Of a DNA stretch of 64,000 nt, positions 1-9,488 are shown in pieces. The position numbers and the translations under genes were made by a program. The DNA is from an uncultured Rhodobacter sp. GTDB taxonomy: Bacteria > Pseudomonadota > Alphaproteobacteria > Rhodobacterales > Rhodobacteraceae. The DNA lies in contig CAMFII010000008.1 in assembly GCA_945952585.1 (NCBI GenBank), forward strand, positions 53,234 through 117,233. The letters run 5' to 3'. Positions within the stretch are counted from its first letter, which is position 1, and every line of letters begins with the position of its first letter. The notes beneath the pieces were generated by a model, which worked only from the letters and a program-made list of their open reading frames with translations, was not told the DNA's origin and ran no database searches.

Positions 1-559
1 CCGGTGCAAGGGCTTGGGCGGACGTGCGGGTCAGCGCCCACAGACCCATCTTGGCGATGGTGTAGGACATGAACTCGGGTGTCAGCTTGTTGATGCGCTG
101 GTCCAGCATGTTGACGATCAGCGCCTGCGCCTGCGGTTCGCCGCGGGCATCGGTCAGCGGCGATGGTGCCTGTGCACCAAACGCCTGGGTTAGCACGAAA
201 GGTGCCCTCAGGTTCGATTCGATGTGGCGGTCCCAACTCTGGCGGCTCGCCGTGTGGATGTTGTCATATTCGAACACGGAGGCGTTGTTCACCAGCACGG
301 TCAGCGAACCGCCCAGGGCCTCGACGGCCCTTGGAACGAGCGTCTGCGTCTCGGCTTCGACCAGCAGATCGGCGTGGAGAGCCACCGCGACCCGGCCCAA
401 TGCCCGGATTTCATCGACGGTCGACTGCGCGTCGGCTTCCGACGACGCATAGTGAACGGCGACGTCATAGCCGCGACCCGCAAGATAAAGGGCCATCTCG
501 CGGCCAAGGCGGCGCGCCGCGCCAGTCACAAGGGCGCGCTTCGGGCTTGCCTTCGTCAT
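1..559 (-). CDS. SDR family oxidoreductase (pteridine reductase-like); runs off the left edge
   Basis: Manual translation from ATG at 559: MTKASPKRALVTGAARRLG (Rossmann TGxxxxLG), NNAS motif, YTIAK (YxxxK). ATGA overlap with the upstream ORF. Confidence 0.85.
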   Translation of the reverse strand, partial: MTKASPKRALVTGAARRLGREMALYLAGRGYDVAVHYASSEADAQSTVDEIRALGRVAVALHADLLVEAETQTLVPRAVEALGGSLTVLVNNASVFEYDNIHTASRQSWDRHIESNLRAPFVLTQAFGAQAPSPLTDARGEPQAQALIVNMLDQRINKLTPEFMSYTIAKMGLWALTRTSAQALAP

Positions 560-732
560 GCCTTCCTCTTTTCGCAGGCGCAGGGCCCCCTGCCGATCAG
601 GTAGGCGCCGCAACGCGGGCAGGTCCCCGGGCCAGCGAGCCTGTTTTTCGGCCGCTTTGGCCGGACGATCGCGCGGCTGAACAGCGCGACAAGCACCATG
701 CCGAGGAGAAAGAGAAGTGCCGCCTTGGCCAT
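556..732 (-). CDS. Small hypothetical membrane protein with a C-terminal Cys cluster (CPRC...CAC)
   Basis: 58 aa, N-terminal hydrophobic helix; sits between two co-oriented genes with 4-nt spacing/overlap. Confidence 0.6.
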   Translation of the reverse strand: MAKAALLFLLGMVLVALFSRAIVRPKRPKNRLAGPGTCPRCGAYLIGRGPCACEKRKA

Positions 733-736
733 TGGA

Positions 737-1534
737 TCACAATCCGTACTGCGCCCAGAGCGCGCGCTCCTCGAGCGCACCCATCGCTTCACCCGCCATC
801 TGCATACCAAAGCGGCGCAGCAGCGACCGGCGCGGACCGTAGGGAACCAGTCGCACCTTATCGCCGTAGATTTCCTTCATCTTTGGTACGAGATGGCCGA
901 CCCCGTCGGCGAGGCCGACCTTCACAGCACCGCTGCCCACCCAGATGTCAGCGTTGAAGAGATCGGCGCTCTCATCGAGCCGACCGGCCCGGCGCGCCTT
1001 CACATGCTCGATGAACGCCTTGTGGATTGGCTCCTGCAACGCCTTCAGCCGGGCGACATCCTCGGGCTTTTCCGGCAGGAACGGATCGGCGAGGCTCTTC
1101 GACCGGCCTGAGGTCACGACTCGGCGCTCGATCCCTTGGCGGGCCATGAATTCGGGGAAGCCGAAGCTGGCGAAGATGACCCCGATCGAACCGACGATGG
1201 AACTCTCATCGAGCCAGATGTGGTCACCTGCGCAGGCGAGCCAGTAGCCGCCGGAAGCCGCGACGTCCTCGACAAAGGCATGGACCTCGATCCCCTTCTC
1301 GGCTGCGAGGCGGCGAATGCGGGCAGCAATCAGCGAGGATTGGACCGGCGATCCGCCCGGGGAATTGATGATCAGCGCCACGGCGCGCGGCTTGCCGCGG
1401 GCGAAAGCCTTTTCGATCACCGGCGCCATGCCGGCGTCACTCAGCGCCCCACCGCGTCCCGAGGCGATTGCGCCCTGTAGGCGAATGACCGGGATCAGCG
1501 GATGGCGGTTTCGGAACGGGATGATGGACCACAT
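737..1534 (-). CDS. S49 family (SppA-like) signal peptide peptidase
   Basis: Motifs INSPGGS, VAASGGYWLA, SIVGSIGV. Confidence 0.9.
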   Translation of the reverse strand: MWSIIPFRNRHPLIPVIRLQGAIASGRGGALSDAGMAPVIEKAFARGKPRAVALIINSPGGSPVQSSLIAARIRRLAAEKGIEVHAFVEDVAASGGYWLACAGDHIWLDESSIVGSIGVIFASFGFPEFMARQGIERRVVTSGRSKSLADPFLPEKPEDVARLKALQEPIHKAFIEHVKARRAGRLDESADLFNADIWVGSGAVKVGLADGVGHLVPKMKEIYGDKVRLVPYGPRRSLLRRFGMQMAGEAMGALEERALWAQYGL

Positions 1535-1624
1535 GATCCGGACTTAGGGCAGCCAGACGCCTGCAACAAGCGCCATCCACCGCCAAGGTTGCCGGAGACG
1601 CAAATTGCTGCGATCACCGGCAGC

Positions 1625-2512
1625 ATGATCGACAAGCTCGAGATGTTCATCGCTCTGGCGAACGAGCGGCACTTTGGCCGGGCAGCAGAGGTCTGCGGCG
1701 TGACCCAGCCCACCCTGTCCTCGGCGATCCGCCAGCTCGAGGACCAGTTGGGCGTGCAGCTTGTCTTTCGCGGCTCGCGGTTCCAGGGCCTGACACCGGA
1801 GGGTGAGCGGGTGCTCGAGCGGGCGCGCGGGATCGTCGGCGACATGCGGGCGCTCAGGTCAGAGATGAAGGCGGTCCGGAGCGGCCTGTCCGGCACGTTG
1901 CGGCTGGGGGTCATCCCGACCGCCCTGCCGATGGTGTCGGACCTGACCGGCCCGTTCACGGCGCGCCATCCGAATGTGCGTGTGTCGGTCTATTCCCGCA
2001 CCTCGGCCGAGATCCTGGCCGGCATCGAGCGGCTTGAGCTGGATGCGGGCATCACCTACCTGGACAACGAGCCGCTCGGGCGCGTGGCGCAGATCCCGCT
2101 TTACACCGAGTTCTACCGGCTCCTTTGCGCGCCAGGTGTGCCTCTGGCCAATCGCGCCCATGTCACCTGGGCCGAGGTGGCGGAACTACCGTTGTGCCTT
2201 CTTACGTCTGACATGCAGAACCGCCGGATCGTGAACCAGCACCTCGCCGATACCGGGGTCATGGTGATGCCGCAGATCGAGTCCAATTCGACCATCGCCC
2301 TGATCGGGCATGTCCTGACTGGACGGTGGGCCTCGGTGGTGCCGACAAAGCTCGCGCAGATGTTCACCGGCGGAGACCGGCTGCGGGCAATCCCGATCGT
2401 CGAGCCGGAGGCAGAGCATATCGTCGGCCTCGTGACGGCCCGGCGCGAGACGGTGACGCCGGTGCTGACGGCGCTTCTGCTCGAAGCCGAGCGCTTCGGC
2501 GCCCATCGATAG
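1625..2512 (+). CDS. fdsR: LysR-type regulator of the formate dehydrogenase operon (FdsR-like)
   Basis: N-terminal HTH (HFGRAAEVCGVTQPTLSSAIRQLE), 295 aa, directly upstream of fdsG. Confidence 0.85.
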   Translation: MIDKLEMFIALANERHFGRAAEVCGVTQPTLSSAIRQLEDQLGVQLVFRGSRFQGLTPEGERVLERARGIVGDMRALRSEMKAVRSGLSGTLRLGVIPTALPMVSDLTGPFTARHPNVRVSVYSRTSAEILAGIERLELDAGITYLDNEPLGRVAQIPLYTEFYRLLCAPGVPLANRAHVTWAEVAELPLCLLTSDMQNRRIVNQHLADTGVMVMPQIESNSTIALIGHVLTGRWASVVPTKLAQMFTGGDRLRAIPIVEPEAEHIVGLVTARRETVTPVLTALLLEAERFGAHR

Positions 2513-2525
2513 ATGATCTCTATCG
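2507..2525. promoter_or_regulatory. LysR-type operator (CGATAG-N7-CTATCG, T-N11-A)
   Basis: Perfect inverted repeat with T-N11-A spacing, 75 nt upstream of the fdsG start; a weaker second site CGATTG-N6-CTATCG lies at 2541-2558. Confidence 0.6.
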
Positions 2526-2599
2526 TTTGACGGGATTTCACGATTGAATCCCCTATCGTTACAGCGCAAAATTCCGGCCAGCCAACCGGAGGGCCAGCC

Positions 2600-3073
2600 A
2601 TGAGTTCAGCCAGCGCGGAAATCGCCGCGCGCGTCGAGGATATCCTTGCCGCGCATGATGGGGTCGAGGGGCCGCTGCTGCCGATCCTGCATGCCATTCA
2701 GGAGAGCTTTGGCTACGTCCCGCAAGACGCCCTGCCGCTGATCGCCGCCAACCTGAATCTCGGCCGCGCCGAAGTGCATGGGGTGATGAGCTTCTACCAC
2801 GACTTCCGCGAAAATCCGGCGGGGAAGCATGTGCTGAAGCTGTGCCGGGCGGAAGCGTGCCAGTCGATGGGCGCCGACCGGGTGGCGGCCCATGCGCAGC
2901 GTCGCCTTGGGATCGAGTGGCATGAAACCACCAAGGACGGCGCGGTGACGCTGGAGCCGGTTTTCTGCCTTGGCCTTTGCGCCTGTGCCCCCGCGGCGAT
3001 GCTGGATGGCAAGCTCGTCGGCCGCGTCGATGAGGCGCAGGTCGATGCGTTGATCGCGGAGGTCCGGGCATGA
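2600..3073 (+). CDS. fdsG: NAD-dependent formate dehydrogenase gamma subunit (NuoE-like, 2Fe-2S)
   Basis: CRAEAC and CLGLCAC Cys motifs; position in the operon. Confidence 0.95.
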   Translation: MSSASAEIAARVEDILAAHDGVEGPLLPILHAIQESFGYVPQDALPLIAANLNLGRAEVHGVMSFYHDFRENPAGKHVLKLCRAEACQSMGADRVAAHAQRRLGIEWHETTKDGAVTLEPVFCLGLCACAPAAMLDGKLVGRVDEAQVDALIAEVRA

Positions 3074-4599
3074 AGATCTACGTTCCCCGCGACGCCGCCG
3101 CGAAGGCGCTCGGCGCCGATGCGGTCGCCGCCGCCGTGCAGGCCGAGGTGACGCGGCGCGGTTGTGATACGCAGATCATCCGCAACGGCTCGCGTGGGAT
3201 GATCTGGCTGGAACCGCTGGTCGAGATCGAGACGTCGACCGGCCGTTACGCCTTCGGCCCCATGACGGCCAAGGACGTGTCGGCGCTGTTCGACGCCGAA
3301 CTGCACGATCACCCCAAGGCGCTTGGCCTGACCGACGATCTGCCCTGGATGAAGGCGCAGACCCGGCTGACCTTCGCCCGCGTCGGGCTGATCGATTCGT
3401 TGTCGCTGGCGGATTACGAGGCGCAGGGCGGTCTGGCCGGTCTGCGCCGGGCCCTGTCCATGTCCTCGGGCGAGGTCGTCGCCGAAGTGACCGAATCCGG
3501 CTTGCGCGGCCGGGGCGGCGCGGGTTTCCCGACCGGCATCAAGTGGAAGACGGTGGCCGAGGCCAAGGCCGACCGCAAATACATCGTCTGCAACGCCGAT
3601 GAAGGCGACAGCGGCACCTTCGCCGACCGGATGCTGATGGAAGGCGATCCCTTCTGCCTGATCGAGGGGATGACCATCGCTGGCATCGCGGTGGGGGCGA
3701 CGAAGGGCTACGTCTATATCCGCTCGGAATATCCCGATGCGATCGAGGTGATGCGGGCCGCTATTCGCCTGGTGCACGAGGCGGGCCTCTTGGGCGCGTC
3801 GGTGCTCGGCTCGGGCCGCGCCTTCGATCTGGAAGTGCGGGTCGGCGCGGGCGCCTATGTCTGCGGCGAGGAAACCTCTCTGCTCAATTCGCTGGAAGGC
3901 AAGCGCGGCGTGGTGCGCGCCAAGCCTCCGCTGCCGGCGCTGCAGGGCCTGTTCGGCAAGCCGACGGTGGTGAACAACGTCATCTCGCTCGCCACCGTGC
4001 CGGTGATCCTGGCGAAAGGGGCCGCCCACTACCGCGACTTCGGCATCGGCCGGTCGCGAGGCACGATGCCGCTGCAGATCGCCGGCAATGTGAAGCATGG
4101 CGGCCTGTTCGAGGCGGCCTTCGGCCTGACGCTCGGCGAGATCGTCGAAAAGGTCGGCGGCGGAACGGCCTCGGGTCGCCCGGTGAAGGCGGTGCAGGTC
4201 GGCGGTCCGCTCGGCGCCTATTTCCCGGTGTCGATGTTCGACACGCCCTTCGGCTACGAGGAATATGCAGCCAAGAACGGGCTGATCGGCCATGCCGGGA
4301 TCGTCGTGTTCGACGACACCGCTGACATGCTGAAACAGGCCCGCTTTGCGCTGGAGTTCTGTGCCATCGAAAGCTGCGGCAAGTGCACGCCCTGCCGGAT
4401 CGGCGCCGTCCGCGGGGTCGAGACGGTGGACCGCATCGCCCGCGGCGACGCTGCCGCGGTGCCGCTGCTGACCGACCTGTGCGAGACGATGAAAGCCGGG
4501 TCGCTTTGCGCGCTTGGCGGCTTCACGCCCTATCCGGTGATGTCGGCGTTGACGCATTTCCCCGACGATTTCGCACCGCTGAAAGAGGCCGCGGAATGA
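3070..4599 (+). CDS. fdsB: NAD-dependent formate dehydrogenase beta subunit (NuoF-like, FMN/4Fe-4S)
   Basis: GLRGRGGAGFPTG, CNADEGDSGTF, GAGAYVCGEET, ESCGKCTPCR motifs. Confidence 0.95.
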   Translation: MKIYVPRDAAAKALGADAVAAAVQAEVTRRGCDTQIIRNGSRGMIWLEPLVEIETSTGRYAFGPMTAKDVSALFDAELHDHPKALGLTDDLPWMKAQTRLTFARVGLIDSLSLADYEAQGGLAGLRRALSMSSGEVVAEVTESGLRGRGGAGFPTGIKWKTVAEAKADRKYIVCNADEGDSGTFADRMLMEGDPFCLIEGMTIAGIAVGATKGYVYIRSEYPDAIEVMRAAIRLVHEAGLLGASVLGSGRAFDLEVRVGAGAYVCGEETSLLNSLEGKRGVVRAKPPLPALQGLFGKPTVVNNVISLATVPVILAKGAAHYRDFGIGRSRGTMPLQIAGNVKHGGLFEAAFGLTLGEIVEKVGGGTASGRPVKAVQVGGPLGAYFPVSMFDTPFGYEEYAAKNGLIGHAGIVVFDDTADMLKQARFALEFCAIESCGKCTPCRIGAVRGVETVDRIARGDAAAVPLLTDLCETMKAGSLCALGGFTPYPVMSALTHFPDDFAPLKEAAE

Positions 4600-4811
4600 C
4601 GGAAGACAAGGTCAAGGGACCGGCCAGCTACTTTCCATCGATCGAAAAGACCTACGGTCAGCCGATCGCGCACTGGAAGTCGCTGATCCGCGAACAGGCC
4701 GGACTGAAGCACATGGAGCTGGTCAACTGGCTCAAGGAACACCACGGCCTCGGGCATGGCCACGCCAACGCGCTGGTCGCCCATACGCTGGCCGAGGACG
4801 GTAAGAAATGA
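4596..4811 (+). CDS. DUF4287-type small protein
   Basis: 71 aa; SYFPSIEKTYG...LKEHHGLGHGHANALV matches the DUF4287 pattern as recalled; ATGA overlap with the fdsB stop. Confidence 0.75.
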   Translation: MTEDKVKGPASYFPSIEKTYGQPIAHWKSLIREQAGLKHMELVNWLKEHHGLGHGHANALVAHTLAEDGKK

Positions 4812-4854
4812 CTGGGGAAGCCACGCCCTGCGGGCGCGAGTGAGGACGCAAGCC

Positions 4855-7734
4855 ATGAAAGACTTCATCATCCCCGACCGCGATTTCGGCACTCCCGCCG
4901 CGAAATCGAAACAGATGGTCACATTGACCATCGACGGGTTCGACGTGACCGTGCCGGAAGGCACCTCGATCATGCGGGCCGCCGCAGAAATCGGCATCTC
5001 GGTGCCGAAGCTTTGCGCTACGGACTCGGTCGATGCCTTTGGCTCCTGCCGCCTGTGCCTCGTCGAGATCGAGGGCCGGGCGGGCACGCCCGCCTCCTGC
5101 ACCACGCCGGTTGCGCCGGGGCTCAAGGTCCACACCCAGACCGGAAAGCTCAAGCAGCTGCGCCGGGGCGTGATGGAGCTTTACATATCGGACCACCCGC
5201 TCGACTGCCTGACCTGCGCGGCGAACGGCGATTGCGAGTTGCAGGACATGGCGGGCGCCGTGGGCCTGCGCGATGTGCGCTACGAGGCGATCGATACCCA
5301 TTTCCGCGCCAAGAACACCAGCGGCGAGGCCAATCCGCAATGGCTGCCCAAGGACGACAGCAACCCCTACTTCACCTATGACCCGTCGAAATGCATCGTC
5401 TGCTCGCGCTGCGTGCGGGCCTGCGAAGAGGTGCAGGGTACCTTCGCGCTGACGATCCAGGGACGGGGCTGGGACAGCCGCGTATCGGCGGGGACCAAGG
5501 CCGACAGCTTCCTGACCTCGGATTGCGTGTCCTGCGGCGCCTGTGTGCAGGCCTGCCCGACCGCGACGCTGCAGGAGAAGTCGGTGATCGACATCGGCAC
5601 GCCCGACCGGTCGGTCATCACCACCTGCGCCTATTGCGGCGTCGGCTGTTCCTTCAAGGCCGAAATGCGGGGCGACGAACTTGTCCGCATGGTCCCCTAC
5701 AAGCACGGCAAGGCGAACCGCGGCCATTCCTGCGTCAAGGGTCGCTTCGCCTATGGCTATGCCACGCACCGCGACCGCATCCTGAACCCGATGATCCGCG
5801 ACACGATCCACGAGCCGTGGCGCGAGGTCAGCTGGACCGAGGCGCTGACCTTTGCCGCCAACCGCCTGCGCGGCATCCAGGAGCAGTACGGTCGCCAGTC
5901 GATCGGCGTCATCACCTCGTCGCGCTGCACCAACGAGGAAACCTACCTCGTGCAGAAGCTGGCCCGCGCGGTGTTCCGCAACAACAATACGGATACCTGC
6001 GCCCGCGTCTGCCATTCGCCGACCGGCTATGGCTTGGGCCAGGCCTTCGGCACCTCGGCCGGCACGCAGGACTTCGACTCGGTCGAGGAAACCGATGTCG
6101 TGATCGTCATCGGCGCCAACCCGACCGACGGGCACCCTGTCTTCGCCAGCCGGCTGAAGAAACGGCTTCGCAAGGGTGCGCAGCTGATCGTCGTCGATCC
6201 GCGCCGCACCGACATGGTGAAGTCGGCCCATATCAAGGCCGCGCATCACCTCGCGCTCAAACCCGGGACCAACGTCGCCGTGGTGACGGCGCTGGCGCAT
6301 GTGATCGTGACCGAGGGCCTGTGCGACGAGGCCTTCATCCGCGAGCGCTGCGAATGGGACGAGTTCCAGGATTACGCGGAATTCGTGAGCGATCCGCGCC
6401 ACAGCCCCGAAGCGACCGAGATGCTGACCGGCGTCCCGGCAGAGGAGATGCGCAAGGCCGCGCGCCTGTTCGCCACCGGCGGCAACGGCTCGATCTATTA
6501 CGGCCTTGGCGTAACCGAGCACAGCCAGGGCTCGACCACCGTCATGGCCATCGCCAACCTCGCCATGCTGACCGGCAATATCGGCCGACCGGGCGTGGGC
6601 GTGAACCCGCTGCGCGGCCAGAACAACGTGCAGGGCTCCTGCGACATGGGTTCTTTCCCGCACGAGCTGCCGGGCTACCGCCATGTCAGCCGCGATGACG
6701 TGCGCGAAGTCTTTCAGCAGATCTGGGGCGTCGAGATCGACAACGAACCGGGCCTGCGGATCCCCAACATGCTGGACGCGGCGGTGGAAGGCACCTTCAA
6801 GGGACTGTACTGCCAGGGCGAGGACATCCTGCAATCCGACCCGGACACCAAGCATGTTTCGGCGGGTCTTGCGGCCATGGACTGCGTGATCGTCCACGAC
6901 CTGTTCCTGAACGAGACCGCGAACTACGCCCATGTCTTCCTGCCGGGCTCGACCTTCCTCGAAAAGGATGGGACGTTCACCAATGCCGAGCGCCGCATCA
7001 ACCGTGTCCGCAAGGTGATGGCACCGAAGAACGGCTATGCCGACTGGGAGATCACCCAGATGCTGGCGAATGCCATGGGCGCCGGCTGGGCCTATACCCA
7101 TCCGAGCCAGATCATGGACGAGATCGCCCTGACCACGCCGAGCTTTGCCGGCGTGACCTATGAAAAGCTCGAAACCATGGGCTCGGTCCAGTGGCCCTGC
7201 AACGAAGGCGCGCCGGAAGGCACGCCGCTGATGCACGTCAACGGCTTCGTCCGCGGCAAGGGCAAGTTCATCCGCACGGAGTATGTGGCGACCGATGAGA
7301 AGACGGGTCCGCGCTTCCCGCTGCTGCTGACCACGGGGCGCATCCTGTCGCAGTACAACGTCGGCGCGCAGACCCGGCGGACGGCGAACGTCGTCTGGCA
7401 TGACGAGGACGTGCTCGAGATCCATCCGCATGACGCCGAGGTTCGTGGCGTGAACGAGGGTCAGTGGGTGCGCCTTGCCAGCCGCTCGGGCGACACGACG
7501 CTGCGGGCGAAGATCACCGACCGGGTCTCGCCCGGCGTGGTCTACACAACCTTCCACCACCCCGACACGCAGGCCAACGTCATCACCACCGACTATTCGG
7601 ATTGGGCCACCAACTGCCCGGAATACAAGGTGACGGCGGTGCAGGTCAGCCCGTCGAACGGCCCGTCGGAATGGCAGGAGGAATACAACCAGATGGCCGG
7701 CCTGTCGCGCCGGATCCTGCCTGCGGCCGAGTGA
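4855..7734 (+). CDS. fdsA: Formate dehydrogenase alpha subunit (Mo-bis-MGD, Cys ligand)
   Basis: N-terminal Fe-S motifs (CRLCLVE, HPLDCLTC, CIVCSRCVRAC, CVSCGACVQACP), TCAYCGVGC, active site CARVCH, LRGQNNVQG. Confidence 0.95.
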   Translation: MKDFIIPDRDFGTPAAKSKQMVTLTIDGFDVTVPEGTSIMRAAAEIGISVPKLCATDSVDAFGSCRLCLVEIEGRAGTPASCTTPVAPGLKVHTQTGKLKQLRRGVMELYISDHPLDCLTCAANGDCELQDMAGAVGLRDVRYEAIDTHFRAKNTSGEANPQWLPKDDSNPYFTYDPSKCIVCSRCVRACEEVQGTFALTIQGRGWDSRVSAGTKADSFLTSDCVSCGACVQACPTATLQEKSVIDIGTPDRSVITTCAYCGVGCSFKAEMRGDELVRMVPYKHGKANRGHSCVKGRFAYGYATHRDRILNPMIRDTIHEPWREVSWTEALTFAANRLRGIQEQYGRQSIGVITSSRCTNEETYLVQKLARAVFRNNNTDTCARVCHSPTGYGLGQAFGTSAGTQDFDSVEETDVVIVIGANPTDGHPVFASRLKKRLRKGAQLIVVDPRRTDMVKSAHIKAAHHLALKPGTNVAVVTALAHVIVTEGLCDEAFIRERCEWDEFQDYAEFVSDPRHSPEATEMLTGVPAEEMRKAARLFATGGNGSIYYGLGVTEHSQGSTTVMAIANLAMLTGNIGRPGVGVNPLRGQNNVQGSCDMGSFPHELPGYRHVSRDDVREVFQQIWGVEIDNEPGLRIPNMLDAAVEGTFKGLYCQGEDILQSDPDTKHVSAGLAAMDCVIVHDLFLNETANYAHVFLPGSTFLEKDGTFTNAERRINRVRKVMAPKNGYADWEITQMLANAMGAGWAYTHPSQIMDEIALTTPSFAGVTYEKLETMGSVQWPCNEGAPEGTPLMHVNGFVRGKGKFIRTEYVATDEKTGPRFPLLLTTGRILSQYNVGAQTRRTANVVWHDEDVLEIHPHDAEVRGVNEGQWVRLASRSGDTTLRAKITDRVSPGVVYTTFHHPDTQANVITTDYSDWATNCPEYKVTAVQVSPSNGPSEWQEEYNQMAGLSRRILPAAE

Positions 7735-8549
7735 TGCGCACACACCGCCCCCTGCCCCGGACGCTCGTGTCCGGCTCGACCTTCGAGCCGGGTGCGCGCG
7801 TGCTGCCGGAAGAGGTGGCGGTGGCGCTGAGCTACAACGGCTCGACCCAGGCGGTGATGATGTCGACACCTGCCGACCTGACCGACTTCGCCTATGGTTT
7901 TACCCTGACCGAGGGGATCGCCCGCCCGGATGAGATCGAAAGCGTCGAGGCGGTCGAGACCGACCTTGGGATCGACCTGCAGATCTGGCTGAAGGGGGAG
8001 GCGGGCGAACGGCTGGCACAGCGCCGCCGCACGATGGCCGGACCGGTCGGATGTGGCCTATGCGGGATCGACAGCCTGTCAGAGGCGGTGCGCCGGGCGC
8101 AGCCGATCAGACCAACTGACTTTGCCCTGCACGCGAGCCAGGTGCGCTCGGCCATCGCGAGTTTGCCGCAGCACCAACCCCTTCACGATGCCACCCGCGC
8201 CGCCCATGCGGCTGCCTTCTGGACGCCGGTGCGCGGGATCGTCGCGCTACGCGAGGATGTCGGGCGGCACAACGCGCTGGACAAGCTGGCCGGTGGGTTG
8301 GTTCGCGGGACCGTAGATCGGGATCAGGGCGCGCTCATCATCACCTCGCGCGTTTCCATCGACATGGTGCAGAAGGCTGCCGCGATCGGCTCACCGATCC
8401 TGATTGCCGTTTCCGCCCCAACCGCCACGGCAGTCGAGCAGGCAAATGCCGCGGGCATCACCCTGATCGCCCTGGCCCGCGCCGATCACTTCGAGGTCTT
8501 CAGCAGACCGGACCGCATCTTTCCCGACGAGGCAACCGATGTCGCATGA
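7734..8549 (+). CDS. fdsC: Formate dehydrogenase sulfurtransferase FdsC/FdhD
   Basis: CGLCG, REDVGRHNALDKL, TSRVSIDMVQK motifs; TGATG coupling to fdsA. Confidence 0.92.
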   Translation: MRTHRPLPRTLVSGSTFEPGARVLPEEVAVALSYNGSTQAVMMSTPADLTDFAYGFTLTEGIARPDEIESVEAVETDLGIDLQIWLKGEAGERLAQRRRTMAGPVGCGLCGIDSLSEAVRRAQPIRPTDFALHASQVRSAIASLPQHQPLHDATRAAHAAAFWTPVRGIVALREDVGRHNALDKLAGGLVRGTVDRDQGALIITSRVSIDMVQKAAAIGSPILIAVSAPTATAVEQANAAGITLIALARADHFEVFSRPDRIFPDEATDVA

Positions 8550-8760
8550 CAAGCTGGTCTACATGGCCAACCAGATCGCCACCTTTTTCGAAAGCAAGCC
8601 CCATGACGAAGGCGTCGAAGGCGTTGCAGGCCATATCAATGCCTTCTGGGAACCGAGAATGCGGCGCCACCTGTTCGAAGTTCTGGACGCGGGCGGTGAA
8701 AGCCTGAAGCCGCTTGTGCGCGAAGCCGCCGCGATGATCCGCCGGCCCGTCGCCGCCTGA
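8539..8760 (+). CDS. fdsD: Formate dehydrogenase delta subunit
   Basis: LVYMANQIATFF...HINAFWEPRMR signature; last gene of the operon. Confidence 0.92.
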   Translation: MSHDKLVYMANQIATFFESKPHDEGVEGVAGHINAFWEPRMRRHLFEVLDAGGESLKPLVREAAAMIRRPVAA

Positions 8761-8786
8761 GCGAAGCTGCGGGCCGACCTGCCCGA

Positions 8787-9488
8787 TCAGTGGCCGGTGC
8801 AGTGAAGGACAACCCGGACTGTCCCGGCAAGCACCTTCAGATCGGTGCCGAGGGACAGATCGCGTTCGTAGTCCTCGTCAAACACTGCCCGCGCGGCAAA
8901 GGAAGAGTCGTTGCGCGCCGAGATCTGCCAGTAACCGGTCACGCCGGGCCGCAGGGAATAATAGGCCTGCCCGGGATAGAGCGGCATCTGCGAGGTCATC
9001 ATCGGCCGGGGACCGACCAGGCTCATGTCGCCGACCAGTACGTTCCAGAGTTGCGGCAGTTCATCGAGCGAGCACTTGCGCAGCAGGCGGCCCAGACGAG
9101 TGATCCGAGGATCGCTTTTCAGCTTCTGGGTTTCGTCCCATTCCCGACGCGCCTCGGGATGGCGCGTCAGATAGGCCTCCAGCCGTGCATCGGCATCGAC
9201 CACCATGCTGCGGAGCTTCCAGATGCGGAAAGTTTTGCGGCCCAGCCCGACGCGGTCCTGCGTGTAAAAGGGCGATCCGCCGTCACGAGCGATGAGCAAG
9301 GCCAGCAGCAGCACCAGCGGCACCCAGACCGGCGCCGTCACCAGCACCGCGGAAACATCGAAGGCTCGTTTGAAAACCCGTTTGTAGGCGCCATGCTCGC
9401 GGGTCGGTTGCCACACTGCAGATCCACCGGCAATCGAGGCGACTGGCGTGGATGTTCTGGTGGGAAATTCCGGGTAGCTCAGCGTCAT
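8787..9488 (-). CDS. Priming glycosyltransferase (bacterial sugar transferase, WcaJ/ExoY-like C-terminal domain)
   Basis: KRAFDV, KLRSM, DPRITRLGRLLRKCSLDELPQLWNVLVGDMSLVGPRP, RPGVTGYWQI. Start codon uncertain (9488 or 9545). Confidence 0.9.
   Translation of the reverse strand: MTLSYPEFPTRTSTPVASIAGGSAVWQPTREHGAYKRVFKRAFDVSAVLVTAPVWVPLVLLLALLIARDGGSPFYTQDRVGLGRKTFRIWKLRSMVVDADARLEAYLTRHPEARREWDETQKLKSDPRITRLGRLLRKCSLDELPQLWNVLVGDMSLVGPRPMMTSQMPLYPGQAYYSLRPGVTGYWQISARNDSSFAARAVFDEDYERDLSLGTDLKVLAGTVRVVLHCTGH

Noticed and set aside
1502-1624. N-terminal extension of the LysR ORF
   Set aside because: It overlaps the divergent S49 gene, and the HTH starts at MIDKLEMF (1625).
4855-7734. Selenocysteine/SECIS recoding in the formate dehydrogenase
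   Set aside because: The active-site residue is a normal Cys (CARVCH) and the frame has no internal TGA.
4732-7869. 1045-aa minus-strand ORF
   Set aside because: Antisense shadow of fdsA; high-GC codon bias removes stops in this frame and the translation has no recognisable motif.
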